A DNA stretch of 64,000 bases from Nymphaea colorata (GCF_008831285.2 NC_045138.2:39184001-39248000), one strand, 5' to 3'; counted from the first letter of the stretch, positions 1-17,286 are shown. Made by a program: numbers and translations. The notes: a model not told the origin generated them from the sequence alone.

Positions 1-2048
1 CTCCAGCATTGACTGAGATCCAACGAAAATTTGACTTACACATACAAGTTTAACCTTGCTTTTTTCAGAACTGTTATGTTTTGAAAATTAGTATATGAAT
101 TCTAGTTGTCACACAATTTTGTGGCGGATCTAAAAAAAAAAAAGAAAAAATTTGGAAGGACAGAGTCTGACCTACATCAGAAAATTTGGCCTCCTTGTTG
201 AACAATTCTCTCGATTTTCGTCTGAAAAGCAGGCCCAGTCTAGGTAGGTCTAGTCAGTGTCGAACCAGACGAGGTCAGCTTCGTTGAGTAAGACAATAGA
301 GACTACCCACAATACAGATGCTTCTGCATCTAGCATCTTCAGGCGAATCCAGCCATGAAAAGGACTCGTCCAAGCGATTACATCGTGTTCCTGCAGAAAA
401 GTACACGCTACATGGGAGGGCTGATATCTGTCAGAACATGTCTGACCCGACTCACCCACTCCATGTAAAATATTGGCAAGAGATTTCGATGATCTATGGG
501 CAGCCTAGATTTTGACCAATATCCAGATTTTACATTAAAATGAATCGGATAAAGAAAATAGCATTTGGATAGTCATAGTATAAGTGGTCGGCTTAAGTAT
601 GGCAAGGATGCTATGCTGCACACTACCGGAGTTGAGCTCGAGCTTAGACAGTTAGAGCAACAGCAAGCTTGAGCTGGACTCGACTACACAAAATTTAAGA
701 TGGAGCTCCACTTGCTTAACCCATGTAACTCGTCTAGCGTTCATTTAACTCTTGTAACTTGTGACATTGGTTTTGACAATATTATATAAAGTATTGATTT
801 GTAAGTCAAATTGAGTATAAATGAATCAATTTCTGAAAACTTGAATTCAACTCATTTATCGTTTCCAATATCTTGTAAAGCGGAACGACTTAAGTACAAG
901 TCTAAGTTTTTTTTTCGAATGAGTTCCAATCGAACCAAAATCCGATTCGTTTGGCCTAGTCGGATTAGGTCGCAACCTCTGGAAGTGGTTGGGGTTATGC
1001 TGGTATTTATTCAAAAATTCTGGGGGTATTCCTGTAAAGAAGACGGAAAATGAATCGACGGCTGGACAGAGACGGAAGGGCCGTCCATCAATGGCGGTGG
1101 TCCCTATGCTTTACTTGGAGGAATTGTTGGCCGGAAACGAACGAAATATCCCGGCTCTGCTACGAAGCGCGCCGATCGATCACGGCCGAGGCCCCCCACG
1201 CTCCTGCCTTGTTCTGAGGACACGTGGTAGACGTGCGAAGGGGGACAGTTCGCCGACTCCGTGGAGGCGGTGGCGGTGGCGGAAATTGTCAGCGGCGGAA
1301 CGTGGGAAGGCGGGGCCGGCCGGGTGGGGAATGTCGGGGCGCGTTTTTGTCGGCATCGGCGAGTTTAGCACGATTGCTCGGGCGACCCGTCGAGTCTCTG
1401 TCGAAGATGATTCGGCGTCGGCCCACCGGCCAGGCTTCCGGCGAAACGCCGGCAGGGTTTCGGTCATCGACCACGTCAAAGAAGACTTGTGCCACTTATC
1501 CTCCACCAATTTTTCTTAAGAGGGAAAGAAAATTGAGGTTCACTATATCACACGCCATGGATCTTATGATGTCAGACGTCTATCTTCGGGCGAGTAAGGG
1601 ACAGCCATTTTCAATTTTGGAGTAAATTATCACCAAATTATTATTATTATTATAAGAAAACCATTATGAGGAAGGAGAATGTTTTCTTGGCATTAATCAA
1701 GAAGTATGCTTTTCTCAAAGCATTTAGGAAAAATTTGATGATCTGAAAAAATAAGAAGAGGCAAATTATGAGAATTATATATTTTTTTCTTTTTTTCACA
1801 AAAAAGATTGATAAATACTCAAAACAGTTATCAAGATTTAAAATAAATCTCAAAAAGGAAAATATATTAAAAACATTTTCGTGAAAAAACATACAAAACA
1901 CAAACAAAATGACAGAACTTGTTAATTTCAGCTGAGCAATTTCTGTAAACTAACTTTGATTCATTTTCCTCTTTCCCCCAACTTTTATCATCTGAAAGAC
2001 AAACCATTTGCGACAATGGTCAGAAGTCCCAATGAAGGATCGTTGGGA

Positions 2049-2436
2049 GAACAGTTTCATTCTGCTTAGTGAAGAAAAATTGAAAAATCTATACACAAAA
2101 AAGTAATATGCAGCACTCTGGTGAATCCATTTCATTTATTGTCAGTAGTCAGAACACTTCTTTTCTACTCATTTTTTGCATGATATTTGTTTCCTAAACG
2201 CCAGGAGAATTTAAGATCAGAAGGCTATCCCCCATTTTTGCATGTTTTCACGTGTAAACCAGGCTTCATGTGCAGTAGATTTCGACATTTTGTATTCACG
2301 CTCAGAAAAAGTTCCAAGATTTGCCCCAAACTAACCTGAATGCGACCAATGAAGTGGATTCACAAGAGTGCTGCATACTATTTTTTTTGTGTATAGATTT
2401 TTCAAATTTTCTTCACTAAGCAGAATGGAACTGTTC
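2049..2436. repeat. Long inverted repeat (arms ~88 bp, spacer ~210 bp), foldback/MITE-like
   Basis: 2049-2136 (gaacagtttcattctgcttagtgaagaaaa...gtgaatccatttcatt) is the near-perfect reverse complement of 2348-2436. Confidence 0.85.
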
Positions 2437-2870
2437 GGCCAAAATGTTTATGCCAAATCAAATGAAGGAATCTGGTCACGACAATGAACCGGGATTCATT
2501 TACATTTTATCAAAAATCTTATGAGCAAAATTAACCTACTATTCTCCACTATACGGCGACCACCAAATCCATGGCGTAATCTACCGAAGAAGTGAGGGGA
2601 GTGAGTTCGAAGAAATTTTCAAATGCCAAGAGTTTAACTGCGATTTCTGATGACATAAAAAGATGGAAATTGATTGCAGCGGCTGTCAAACCGAGAAAGT
2701 TGATTATTATTAACGATTCACACTACACACTTGGGAAACAACAATAGATGCCATCTTCAACCTAAATAGCAGTTAACTTCCAAACTTCTGGAAGACCAAC
2801 AATTGCCAGCCATCAACGATATTAAAATACTGCTTCACAAACTGTGAAGGTCTTCGAGATTACAGAGGAA

Positions 2871-6688
<3,818 letters not shown>

Positions 6689-6843
6689 CGACATGAGGAA
6701 CAAACGAACAGAAATTCACTGGTGTTGCACAGAGGCACTGCAAATATCTCTTCCCCCCCACTCTCTCTCTCTCTCGAGGTTCTTTCTCGAGTTTCCTTTC
6801 TAGGGAACTTTGCTTTTGTAAAAGCAGAGGAGGGACTGCCTGA

Positions 6844-6943
6844 TTCAAATTTTGAAACGGCAACTGTGGGCTCCAAACGGCCATCCCTCTTGCCCGTTGC
6901 ATCTCCGGCACCGGGGTTCAAGCGGCTCGGTACGTGGGCCCAC
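6844..6943 (-). promoter_or_regulatory. CDKB1 proximal promoter: three MSA cores (AACGG), TTTGAA pair and site II/TCP-like motif
   Basis: AACGG at 6856-6860 and 6876-6880, CCGTT at 6894-6898, TTCAAA-T-TTTGAA at 6844-6856 and GTGGGCCCAC at 6934-6943. All lie 155-255 bp upstream of the ATG of a G2/M gene. Confidence 0.65.
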
Positions 6944-7144
6944 TTCATTGGACCGGTGGTTGCGGGTCGGGATACGTCCGAACCAAGGAAATGATCCAAG
7001 CAACTTAGTTATGTCTTGGTTGACAAGCCTGACATTAGACATTATTTAGGGTGAATGAGAGATTCATTTCACCGTCCGAAATTATGAAGCATGAAGGCTC
7101 ATCAGTTTTGAGATGTATTGGTGTCAATGACACTTCAACTTAAA

Positions 7145-10100
7145 TGTCGCACACTGTTAACACTTTAAAATTTTCCACATCGAAAGTAGAGTGATATCAA
7201 AATTTTACAAAAGAATTGTGAAAAATTACAATTTCAAAACTAATTTCGAATATAAAGAGCAACTTAGATTCAATTTAACTCGCGACACAAATCTCAATAA
7301 AGAATTACAAGTCTAAACTATTTTGTCATTTGACAATCAAATTCAATTGCAAATGTCATTTGACATCCAAATCCAATTGCAAATGTCATTTGACATCCAA
7401 ATCCAATTGCAAAAGTCATTTGAAATCCAAATCCAATTACAAAATTCAAATTTTAACTCAAATCCAAGAATTGGATCTAATTCGGTCTACAATACTATGT
7501 GGGAGCCACGTGTGGGCCCCACCTAGCCCGTGTGGTCAAGAGCCCTCAGGGGTCACGCCCCCATTAAAAAAAATATGTATTAAAGGAAGAAAAGTCATTT
7601 TCAAGGAAAAATGAATGAGATACCTAGGAAAAGAAAGACATTTATGTCTCTCTCTCTTCTTTAACTAGGTCCTTTTTAAAAAGGAGTCATTTTTCAAAAA
7701 ACAATAACTAGGCTGGTCAAACTCATCTAACTTACTTAATCCAAGTAGGTTTGACCCGGGTGCACCCAAATGTGGTGCCAATTCCAACTAGGTTCGATCA
7801 ACTTGGGCTCAGCACAATCAAAAGGGTAGGTCTATTCCGCGACCCAATCAGTGGATAAAAATAGACTTTGACAAAATCAAACCCACTTTGACTAGACTCT
7901 GTCGAAGTATAATTCAGCTCAATTAAGAGCTTTCTTAGTTCAAATTTATCAAATTACCTCAAACAAAGTAAAACTACTCACAAATGAGCTTTGACTTTGG
8001 TCAATTGGTCGAAATTGACCAATCTGGATAATTTTGCCCTTCTATGGTCAACTTGAGATTACAAAGCCTAAATTGATTTATGAAAGATACATATACATTT
8101 GGATTTGTCAAATATATAAATCAAAGACCAAATCAAAATTCAATATTTCAAACCAAAGTTTGATTCAGTTGAAATCCATCTTTAATCAAGTTATGGACGA
8201 AAATACCCATTTCGAACTAAATTTGATAGAATTTTTAAATTTTATTCAAATTTAAATTGAATTATCATAATTCAATGGCATTTGGAGGTTAGTAACTAGG
8301 TTTTAACTTAACAAGCTCGATTTCAAACAAAGAAAAAACAAATAGCACAAAATAAAGAAAAATCCTATGCAAGGGCATTTTTGTTCAAATTTTTGGTCTA
8401 GCCCACCTAACTCGTGTAAATGAGCTAAGAATGGTCAATTAGAGCCTTTAAACCCCTATTTAACTCATTTTACAAGTTCTCATGGTCTTATGTGAGTTCT
8501 CAAGGTGAGTTAAAGAGGTGGTTGAACCCACCACCTCCTCTATATAAGCCTCATCTTGGCCACCAAGGGGGAGGACGAAATTTTCGAGCACTTCACCAAG
8601 TTGTAGCAGCCAAGGAGCTAGGAGGGAGAAACCAAGGAAGAGAGCAGATTCGTCCAAGCATTCTTTTCCTTTCTCTCTCATTTTCTTCTTCTTTCCCTCT
8701 ATCGAGTTTGCTAAGTTAAATGAACCCTTACTTAGGATTTTCGTGGAGTGAAGCTTTTTTCTTTTCCACTCTAAATTCCAGCAAGCTATTCTTTTTTTAG
8801 CTTTGCTAAGTTCGAATCCAAGCTTGGATTCTTGCTTATGGTTGCTCGTTTTAGAAAACAAGTGAAAGCGAAGATCAAGTATCAAAACCGACTGCAGTAG
8901 GTGTTTTTAATCAATTTCTCATCTATTTTGGCTTATTGTTGGTTCATTTTAATTATTGCTATTCGGGGGAGAGGTTTATTTTCATTTATTTTATAGCTGG
9001 GAATAATGTTCAGCTAGAGAGAACCTACGATCAAATGTACATGTTAATGCATAATGCATTCATACGTCAGTTTTTCTAAAAGACTAACCCATGTATCAAA
9101 TTTGGCCACACCCTTTTCAAAGCAACAAGTTTAAAACTATTTTAAACTCCTCACCATGAGAGAATCCCAAGGTGAGAGATTGATTTTGCTGTAACATATG
9201 TGATGAAAACGCCTATTAGGGATAAATATATTCTTATAAACGTGGTCCACTCTTGCATGACAACATTATGGATGAATTAGCTTGAGTATTGTTGTTTTGC
9301 TTCTCAGTTGAAGTTGTTCGAATTCATGTCTTTCAATTTAATTGATCAAGGGCGGTAGAGGAGATTAGAATCAAGTTTTCAATCTTTCTACGGAAAAGAA
9401 TGCAGCCATGAATCATCATGATTCATGAGTCATGCGGTCCCTTGATTAAATTCCATTTTGAAGAGTAAGATATATATATATATACACACACACACGTGCA
9501 ATCTCTTCTTAAAAATCATTTTTCTCTTTTAAAATCAGGTTGAAACACGTTTCCAAACTGGTTTTTAAGAAGGACGATCATTTTGTTGATTTTCATAGTG
9601 CAAGACTATGAAATCATTTTCATTTCACTTTTATTTAATTTCAACAATCCATACTTAAAATGTATGCAAGTTGCTGGAATTAGACCAAGCTTTGTGGGAA
9701 TTAGTTTAAGAATGTCAAATTTTATGTATTTGTGATGCCAATTTTCAGCCATAAAGTGGTTATATTTTGATGGACAATAAAAATGTTCTATTTCTACCTA
9801 ATCGGCTCTATAAAATTCTTTTAGAAATTTCTGATTTCCTCCACCAATTTTCAGACTTACAAGTGATTGATTGAATATCAAAAATAATATAAAATCACAT
9901 TTCAAAAACCATAGTCTTTGTATCCCTTAAAGAACAAGATCAAAAGTGTTTTCATTATCCAAGAAATGAATGGATCTTCTAGGACAAAAATATGAAATTT
10001 TGTTTGATTTTGGGGAGAAAAGAAGGTTCTTAGAACTCCATGATATGAATGAGAACATGTGGCACATGATTTTTGTCAACTTGATGTTTAGTTCATATAG

Positions 10101-11222
10101 AGTAAAACTGAATTTCATCATTTCTCACAGAGTCGAACATTCTTAGAATCAATATTTTAATTTTTATCCATTTAAATCAGAATAAAATCTGATTTTATGA
10201 CAATTTTGAAGAAAAATGATGATATCCACATTTTCTCCATATTTTAAAGTTTGATTTCATCCTCATTTACCTAATTCTTAATTGTTTTGAGTTTCTCATC
10301 CATTACCCAAGCTTATGGACTACATCTGTAATTCATGTGCTTAATAATATAATAAACACATTTAGAGAAAGTCCTATATTTAATAAAAATCAATCATCAT
10401 GCATAGATTGTATGACGTGTGATTGCAATGAATGAATCTTGAGAGATTATGAGAGAGAGAAGAATGAATGGTTTATATAGTTTCTCTTCTCATCTCATGC
10501 ATTCACTTTCACTTAAAATCAATAGCACCACGTGCACATTCTCAAGAAGTTAAGTGATTCAACTTTGAGTTGCAAAAAGTGACTAAGTCATATTGCAACA
10601 AGAATTTGTAAACTACACTTAATTTCAAAAGAAAACACAGGCAATGCATTCACAATCTCGACCAAAATATATTTAGAAAACAATACGTTTTCTAAGAATT
10701 TGGAACCTATGTTCTATCAAAAGAAGAACTCAAAATCAATTTTGTTTGCTAAGGAAACTTTGCTTTTTTTCCCAAAAGTTGATCATCATTTCAACTCATC
10801 ATATTGAGTTCACAACAAAGAACTCAATCTCAAATCTTCAAAATCCTCAAGAATTACGGATTTCAAATCAAATGACACCAAAACAAAAGTTTTTAAATTA
10901 ACTTAAAACTCTCCAATCTTCAAATTCATTTTCAAAACAAGTTCAAATCACTTATTCAAAATGAATTTTGGTTCTTGAATCCAAAATCTTAATGCACAAG
11001 CATATAGGATTTGCATCAATAACTCGTACATGATCCAAGTAATCCTTAGTCCTTGGTCTAATTACCCCTGTTAAAGGCGACAGGAACGGTTGGACCTCAT
11101 ACTGACGGGCAGATCCTTTTCTCTTGAAATTTTTTCTTCAAAGCCTCAATTTTAAAATATTGATTCGCATTTCGACCCCATTTGAGAAAGGGATGGGGTG
11201 CGAACACACCCTACCACCTTAA
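7145..11222 (-). mobile_element. Probable ~4.06-kb LTR of a Ty3/gypsy-type retrotransposon (3' LTR remnant with adjacent PPT)
   Basis: Imperfect inverted ends TGTCGCAC (7145) ... GTGCGAACA (11206). On the minus strand a purine-rich tract TTAAGGTGGTAGGGTG (11222-11207) directly precedes TGTTCGCACCCC. The interior is AT-rich and non-coding with subrepeats. No TSD, second LTR or gag/pol was seen. Confidence 0.45.
7324..7443. repeat. 30-bp tandem repeat x4
   Basis: Unit tgtcatttgacatccaaatccaattgcaaa at 7324, 7354, 7384 and 7414. It explains the repetitive spurious ORFs 7323-7526 and 7330-7614. Confidence 0.9.
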
Positions 11223-14200
11223 GACAAAGAATTATAACATCACAAGAATCAAACTAAAGACTTGTCTTTTACACAGACCCCGACCTATCAAGGATATAAA
11301 GACACCCATTTGCAGCAATATAAGCGAACCATCTGCATCCTCGACTAGCACACTTGTTCCAAATGTGGATTTAACAATCTTCCATCAGGTGAATAAGCCT
11401 AGTAGCTTCCCACAAATCTCTCACCCGCACGGCCTTCACTGGCTTTACACTCGAACTTTAGAATATCTGGACCAAAACTAATTGAGGTTTGGACAAATGC
11501 AGACGCGAGAGTAACTCGTCGAAGGCAGAGTCTTGAATAACATCGGTATCCAAGAATTGTTTGATGGACATGTTCGTGGTCTCATCAAACCTATACCATT
11601 CCTTCTCCCTTAGCATATTTGCTTTCCTTCCGTTTGTTGCCAAGAAACTTTTCCCTTGACCCGACTCCAAGCTATTATACAATTCTTGGTATGACTGCAC
11701 TATAGAGTTCGACACAGCTGGTTGGACTCGCAACTGATTGATGGCAGGTTGTTAGTGAGATTGTTTCATACCATTGCTACCGATTTGATAATCACTCGTT
11801 CTTTTCCAACATTGATTGAGACATTTGCTTCTTCCTTTTCTTTTCCTTCCATGCCTACCACTGCCATTCTGGGAGAACACAGTTAAGTGCATGAGTTTTC
11901 TAAGGACTCTTTTTGAGAGTTTGAAACCAGACTTTGGAGGACTTAATGTAGCCAGCAATCCACGCTGAAATTTATCTTCTTGTCTGAACTTTATCTTTTT
12001 GTAAAGGGAAAAAGGACCCATGGGATTGTGTAGGAACTGGCAGACAATCAGTCTCCTTTTTTATTTCCTAAAGGTCAACTCTCTGTACTATAAACGAGGG
12101 GTCACTGACGTGCAAATTCACATCTTGAGACACCGATGAAGGCCTTGTACTATGAGGGATGAGGAGTTAGGTGGGAGTTTCGGCTTTTGTCATATGGTGG
12201 GTCAAACTCTATTCACACGAAAAAAGAGGAAAAGTGTATGGGATTTTATCTAAGTTCGATTTATGACCTACACTCCATTTAGAATTACATGGACAAGGAA
12301 TCACATTGCCGCTTGCAAGGGGAAACGAAAATGGGGATCTGTGGAATCTGATATTGTTGAGGACGGAGCGTCACCCTAGTCAAATATAAGACTGTAAAAG
12401 TGCATAAGCTGTATTAAGTGTAAAAATTTACTGAGGGACTAAAAGGTCGGGGGTATAATCTATAATTGTATATAAGCAGTATTTGGGTTCACTATGAATT
12501 GGATTAATATGCTTGGACCAGCAGCAAAACCATCCTGGACGGGTAGGTCTGCATTAAACTGGCACAAAAATTAGGATAAATTCATGAAACACTGAATTTT
12601 AGTGCTTATAAGTTTGCACCAAAGATAGCTCGCACTCAAAGGATTTGAAGTTTAAATCTTGTGGTCACTTCACATTTCAGCTACAAAAAGTGCAAAAGCA
12701 ACTCCTATATTAAAAATGTACCCTAAATCCACCAAGCCCCCAACCAAACCAAACCTTTAGAGGGCGATATCCACAAACATGAAATTTCAAAGTTAAAATG
12801 TTCAATTTTTAAGAAATTAGAATCGTCAAACAAATCTAGAATTTGGAAATTAAAAACCTGGAATTTGATTCCATTTCAGTTTGAAGAGGAATTCCAAATT
12901 ATCAAACACTTCCTTATTGACGTAAGAGTAGAAGTGTGATTGTTCCTTTGTGGAAATGCTCCCTAAGAGCTCTGGTTTAGGTGGCACAACCCCAATTACC
13001 TAACCATAACCTTAATGTGATTTTTTGGCAGAGATAGAGAAGGAACACACTCTTAATTCCTTTAGTGTAGGCTTCCTCATTTTCTTGACACTTCATTCTC
13101 TCCAAGACAGAAAAAAAAAATCATGGGTCTTGGCTCCTATAAATGTTTTTCTTGTGGTTCAAACCAAAATAATACGTACCTCCTCTGGTATATATGCATT
13201 AATCTTGTATGATTCATATTAAATGTAGTTAAATTTAATGTCTCCCAGTCCACATTGTTGTTTCTACGGGTGCTTCGTCAAAATCCATTCTATCAGTCAA
13301 ATATCTCGAGTTGTTAATTCGGAAGAAAAAAGATATTTGAAAATGTTATTTTCTGAAAAATATAGTAACTTACTAAAAACATTTGTTTCAACTTATTTAC
13401 ATGAATTGAATCGTTCTGCCTTTGAATCAGAATTCAGGCAAATCCTGATGCCATTGGTTTCAATCATTTGTAGATTAAATCGGTGACCCATTGTAGTACG
13501 CAATAAGATCATTCATTGGAGATTAAGTTAGTGGTTCGGACTACATTAGAGTTCATTTAGGTGGTGTTTGGTAGTATCGGATCTTAGATCAGAGACCGAA
13601 TCAAAAGGTGTTTTTTGGAAGATCCTCAATTCTTAGGAATCCTATGTTGCATATAAAAGAAAGTGAATTTAAGGTTGATGAGGGGAAATGGGGTTCACTT
13701 TAAATATGTGGATTTGATATCATAATGATTTCATATCACCGAAGACCTCATATTCGTTTGAGATTAAGAACTATGAATTTAAGGTCGAATGGGGGGAAGG
13801 TCTGACCTTAAATTCATGGATTATTTTACCGCATCTGAAACAAGCACAACTTAAGGTAGTCTAGTGATGGTCTCCACTTATGGTAGGAGATCAACCATTT
13901 GAGGTATTTACCTTGTGGTTTGAATGTAAAGTTGACTCATCTTACTAAGTGCAGGCCCTTGTTGGTGACAGACTTAAAAAAATGGGCCCTTATGCATGAC
14001 AAGCTGTGTTGAAGATTGGACAAATCCTCGATATTGAGTATTATAACTGTGCATATTAATGGAAAGATGTAGAAAAGTAAATATGATGTGACAATTTTCT
14101 AACTCAGGAAGATTTCCATCTTGTCACTAATCTATATGTACTTCTGAGTTGGTACGATTTGAACGTGAACTGATGGGAGACTGTCTTGTCCTATCGCATG

Positions 14201-16208
14201 TCTCATGAGATCTCTTATCATCTCTTGGCAGGGCTGCAAGTTTAGCTACCAAAAAACAGTTCTATTCAACACATTGGTTAATAGTGTTGAAATGCCTTCT
14301 CTCAGTTTGTAGAAGGATGAAAGAGATTTTAATCAAATTCCTTTGGGATACTGATTTGAACTGTACAGCTCATCCTGTTGCTTGGAACGTTTTGTTCTTT
14401 AAGATCCTGTAAGCATACATGGTTTCCCCATATTTGTTGCAAGAATTTTCGGGTTCCGAAGACGCATGAATTTGCATCTTCTTTGTGCATTGCAGAATAA
14501 ATGGTCCAACGATCGTCAAATGACGTCAATGTGAATCTTCAAATTCAATTCCGAAGGGTTTTTTTTTTAATCTCTAGAAAAAAGCTAACGTATTGTACTG
14601 CTTGCGTACGCGAAGGTTCCTCATGCATGCTGTGCCAACATGCAAGTGAAAGTGAAGCAACCATTATTCTGTCTGTCTATTGTTACAAAAATTCAAATTA
14701 TTAGAAAACCTAAAAATAATAAAAAAATTAAAATATTTAATATTTAAAATGACAAAAAATAAATAATGAGTGACAGGTGACACCCATGTGATGGCTAATA
14801 AATCAAATTTGATTGGCAAGTCGCGATATGGACGTGGTAAGGGCTTGTAGGCAGATCTCTGGAGCGCCAATTCTTTGTGTTGAAAAAGGAGGGTTGTTGC
14901 TACACAAGTTGAAGCGTGTTTGGGGCGATATATTGAGGTATGTAAAGTATTTTAGATACCCTAAAGTTGGGTTTGGTTCCCTATAGATCTCAGATCCAAA
15001 AGAATCTTAAATCCATGATAGCTGAAGTCCACCATTGTATCAAACTATGGATTTCAGCATCTACTCCCAACATGGATTTCAAGTCCACATTTTAATGTAA
15101 AAAATATGAATTTGATATCGACTTTGAGGGGAGGGGGTCGGACTTAAAAACCGCAGATCTCAGTTCCGCAGTAATGAAATGTAACCTAAAAGTACAAGGA
15201 GTTGGGTGGGTGCTACGGCCTTCATCTAGGGGTGAGACTCTCCCTGTTCACTTATTCAACACCTGTTTAGATCACATTGGCTAAGTGGCCGGATGTCCAA
15301 ATCTGACCCGGAGAGTTTAAAAGGCACATTGGGATTACAAAGTGATTCCGTTCATAAATTTGGGCCGTATATGGATTATTCTATCTTACTTCATGTGGAT
15401 TCGGTGTTGGATTCTAAGTTGCGGAGAAACCAATTGGAGGGAGATAATTCATAATTGTTTAGTGAATTTGGAGTCCAAATTAGCTTTCAATCCTTTAAAA
15501 GACGTTAGCATTCGTTGGAGCTTGTCACTATAATTGAAGGAAAAAAAGACAATCAAACACATCATGAGAACCTTTTTTTTTTTTCTTCTTAAACTTGGCA
15601 AAGGAAGCGTAATATGAATTTTAAAAACAACTAATGCCTTCTTGTTGTGGTCTTAATGTTGGGTAAAACTTTTAAAAAATCAAATAGAACATAGGAAAAT
15701 GTAATTTTGTTATTAATTTAATATGGATAGATTTTAAATGACAAAAAAAAAACTCAAATGAAATAGAAAACGTGATATGAACTTTTTGTCCTTACTTGCA
15801 CTTTATTTTAGCAAACATTTCTTAGAATAGTGAAGTACAAAGGCCTAAACATACACTCAAAGATGAACGTTTCGGATATTGTTATAGTTTAGTTTTTGAA
15901 TCCAGACGGTACTTTTTGGACATTACGATATCTTGGCTTTAGATATTTAATATTGGATTTTTTCTTTCTTGAAGTTGAACTTTTTGATTAAATGGACTTA
16001 GAGTTGGATTTGTCTTGAAGAGAAAGGAAAGACTGGACTCGAATATACATAAAAGATCCAATTCGTTCAGTCCGTGTGCTACCAAAGTTGCATGTATTCC
16101 AAATAAAAGCAGGCTCAGCGTAACCTTTTACCGACAACAGGCAAAATGAATTACTGGATTCCCATTTTGCTGGTAAGCTGCATATACGATACACACAATC
16201 GGGGGTGA

Positions 16209-16404
16209 AGCGGTGAAGGTAGAAATTTTTTATGAGGAAGGCTGAATTAAAGTTTTTAAATTTTAACTGGGACCGAAATATCATTTTTTAAAATTTTTTT
16301 TATATAGAACAAGTGAAATTTTTTAAAATTTATATGTAAATTTTTTTTTAAAAAAAATTGATGTCGAGACAAGTCCCATGTAGGCCCAACCTTGGCTCCG
16401 CCCT
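16209..16404. mobile_element. MITE-like element (GGGGCGGAGCC-type termini), copy 1
   Basis: Ends in ggctccgccct. The AT-rich interior (aaattttttatgagg...gaattaaagttt...atgtaaatt) is collinear with 17121-17286. Confidence 0.6.
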
Positions 16405-17120
16405 TCCACATAGTGACTGTTCAGGAATACTAATTAATAGTAGAGCTACATAGGAGCTTTAACGCCTCAAGGGGCATAGCATAACTGTTCAAACTGAAGG
16501 AAAGACCAAGTAGTCGTTCGACCGGTTTCCAAGTTCACCGAGAAACAGAAGCCAGATTTATCTCTATATATACGGCGGCAGCAATGTCCATCTTAAACCC
16601 AGACTCGAACCATTGCAAGTGGTGGAGTAGAAAATTTTAAGTGGAAGGAGCACAAACTTAAATTTTCAAATGGGGGAAGCACTAACATGTAAGGAGATAA
16701 TATTTTACTTGATATGATAGGTTAGGAGAGAAACACGTCCCTTGAATAATATGTGGCTCCACCACTGGATATGGGCATGTGAGTCGTTGTCATGGGGGTT
16801 TGACATTGGAACACTTGTTCATGGACCATATGTTTCAAGAACTTTAAGTTCTTGGTTTAAGAAATATGATATACTTATATCCAGTGTTTGATTGCATGTA
16901 TTCCCTTAAATATGGCCATAATATGTTTGGAATCATATGTTCTACGAGCATAATGTTTTTCTTATCAAACAACTTATTGTAGATATTCGACTATCTCGTA
17001 TTCAATCCTTTGCAGCAACGTCTCGCCCTCGCCCTTTTGTTGGCTCCACCCTTGCTCGTGTGTTTGAGCATTTCGTCGTTGTTTACGCTTATTAGTACTG
17101 CATCTGCAGTACTCATGACG

Positions 17121-17286
17121 AGGAGTGGAGCCGAATTTTTTTTATGAGGGGGGTCGAATTAAAGTTTCTAAATTTTGACATAAATCAAAATATCGTTTTT
17201 CAAAATTGTTTATATAGGACGAGTAAATTTTTTAAAAATTTTACATGTAAATTCTTAATTTTGGGGCCAGGGCCCGCTCCTCCCCT
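17121..17286. mobile_element. MITE-like element, copy 2 of the same family
   Basis: Degenerate TIRs aggagtggagcc ... gctcctcccct; interior homologous to 16209-16404. Confidence 0.6.
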
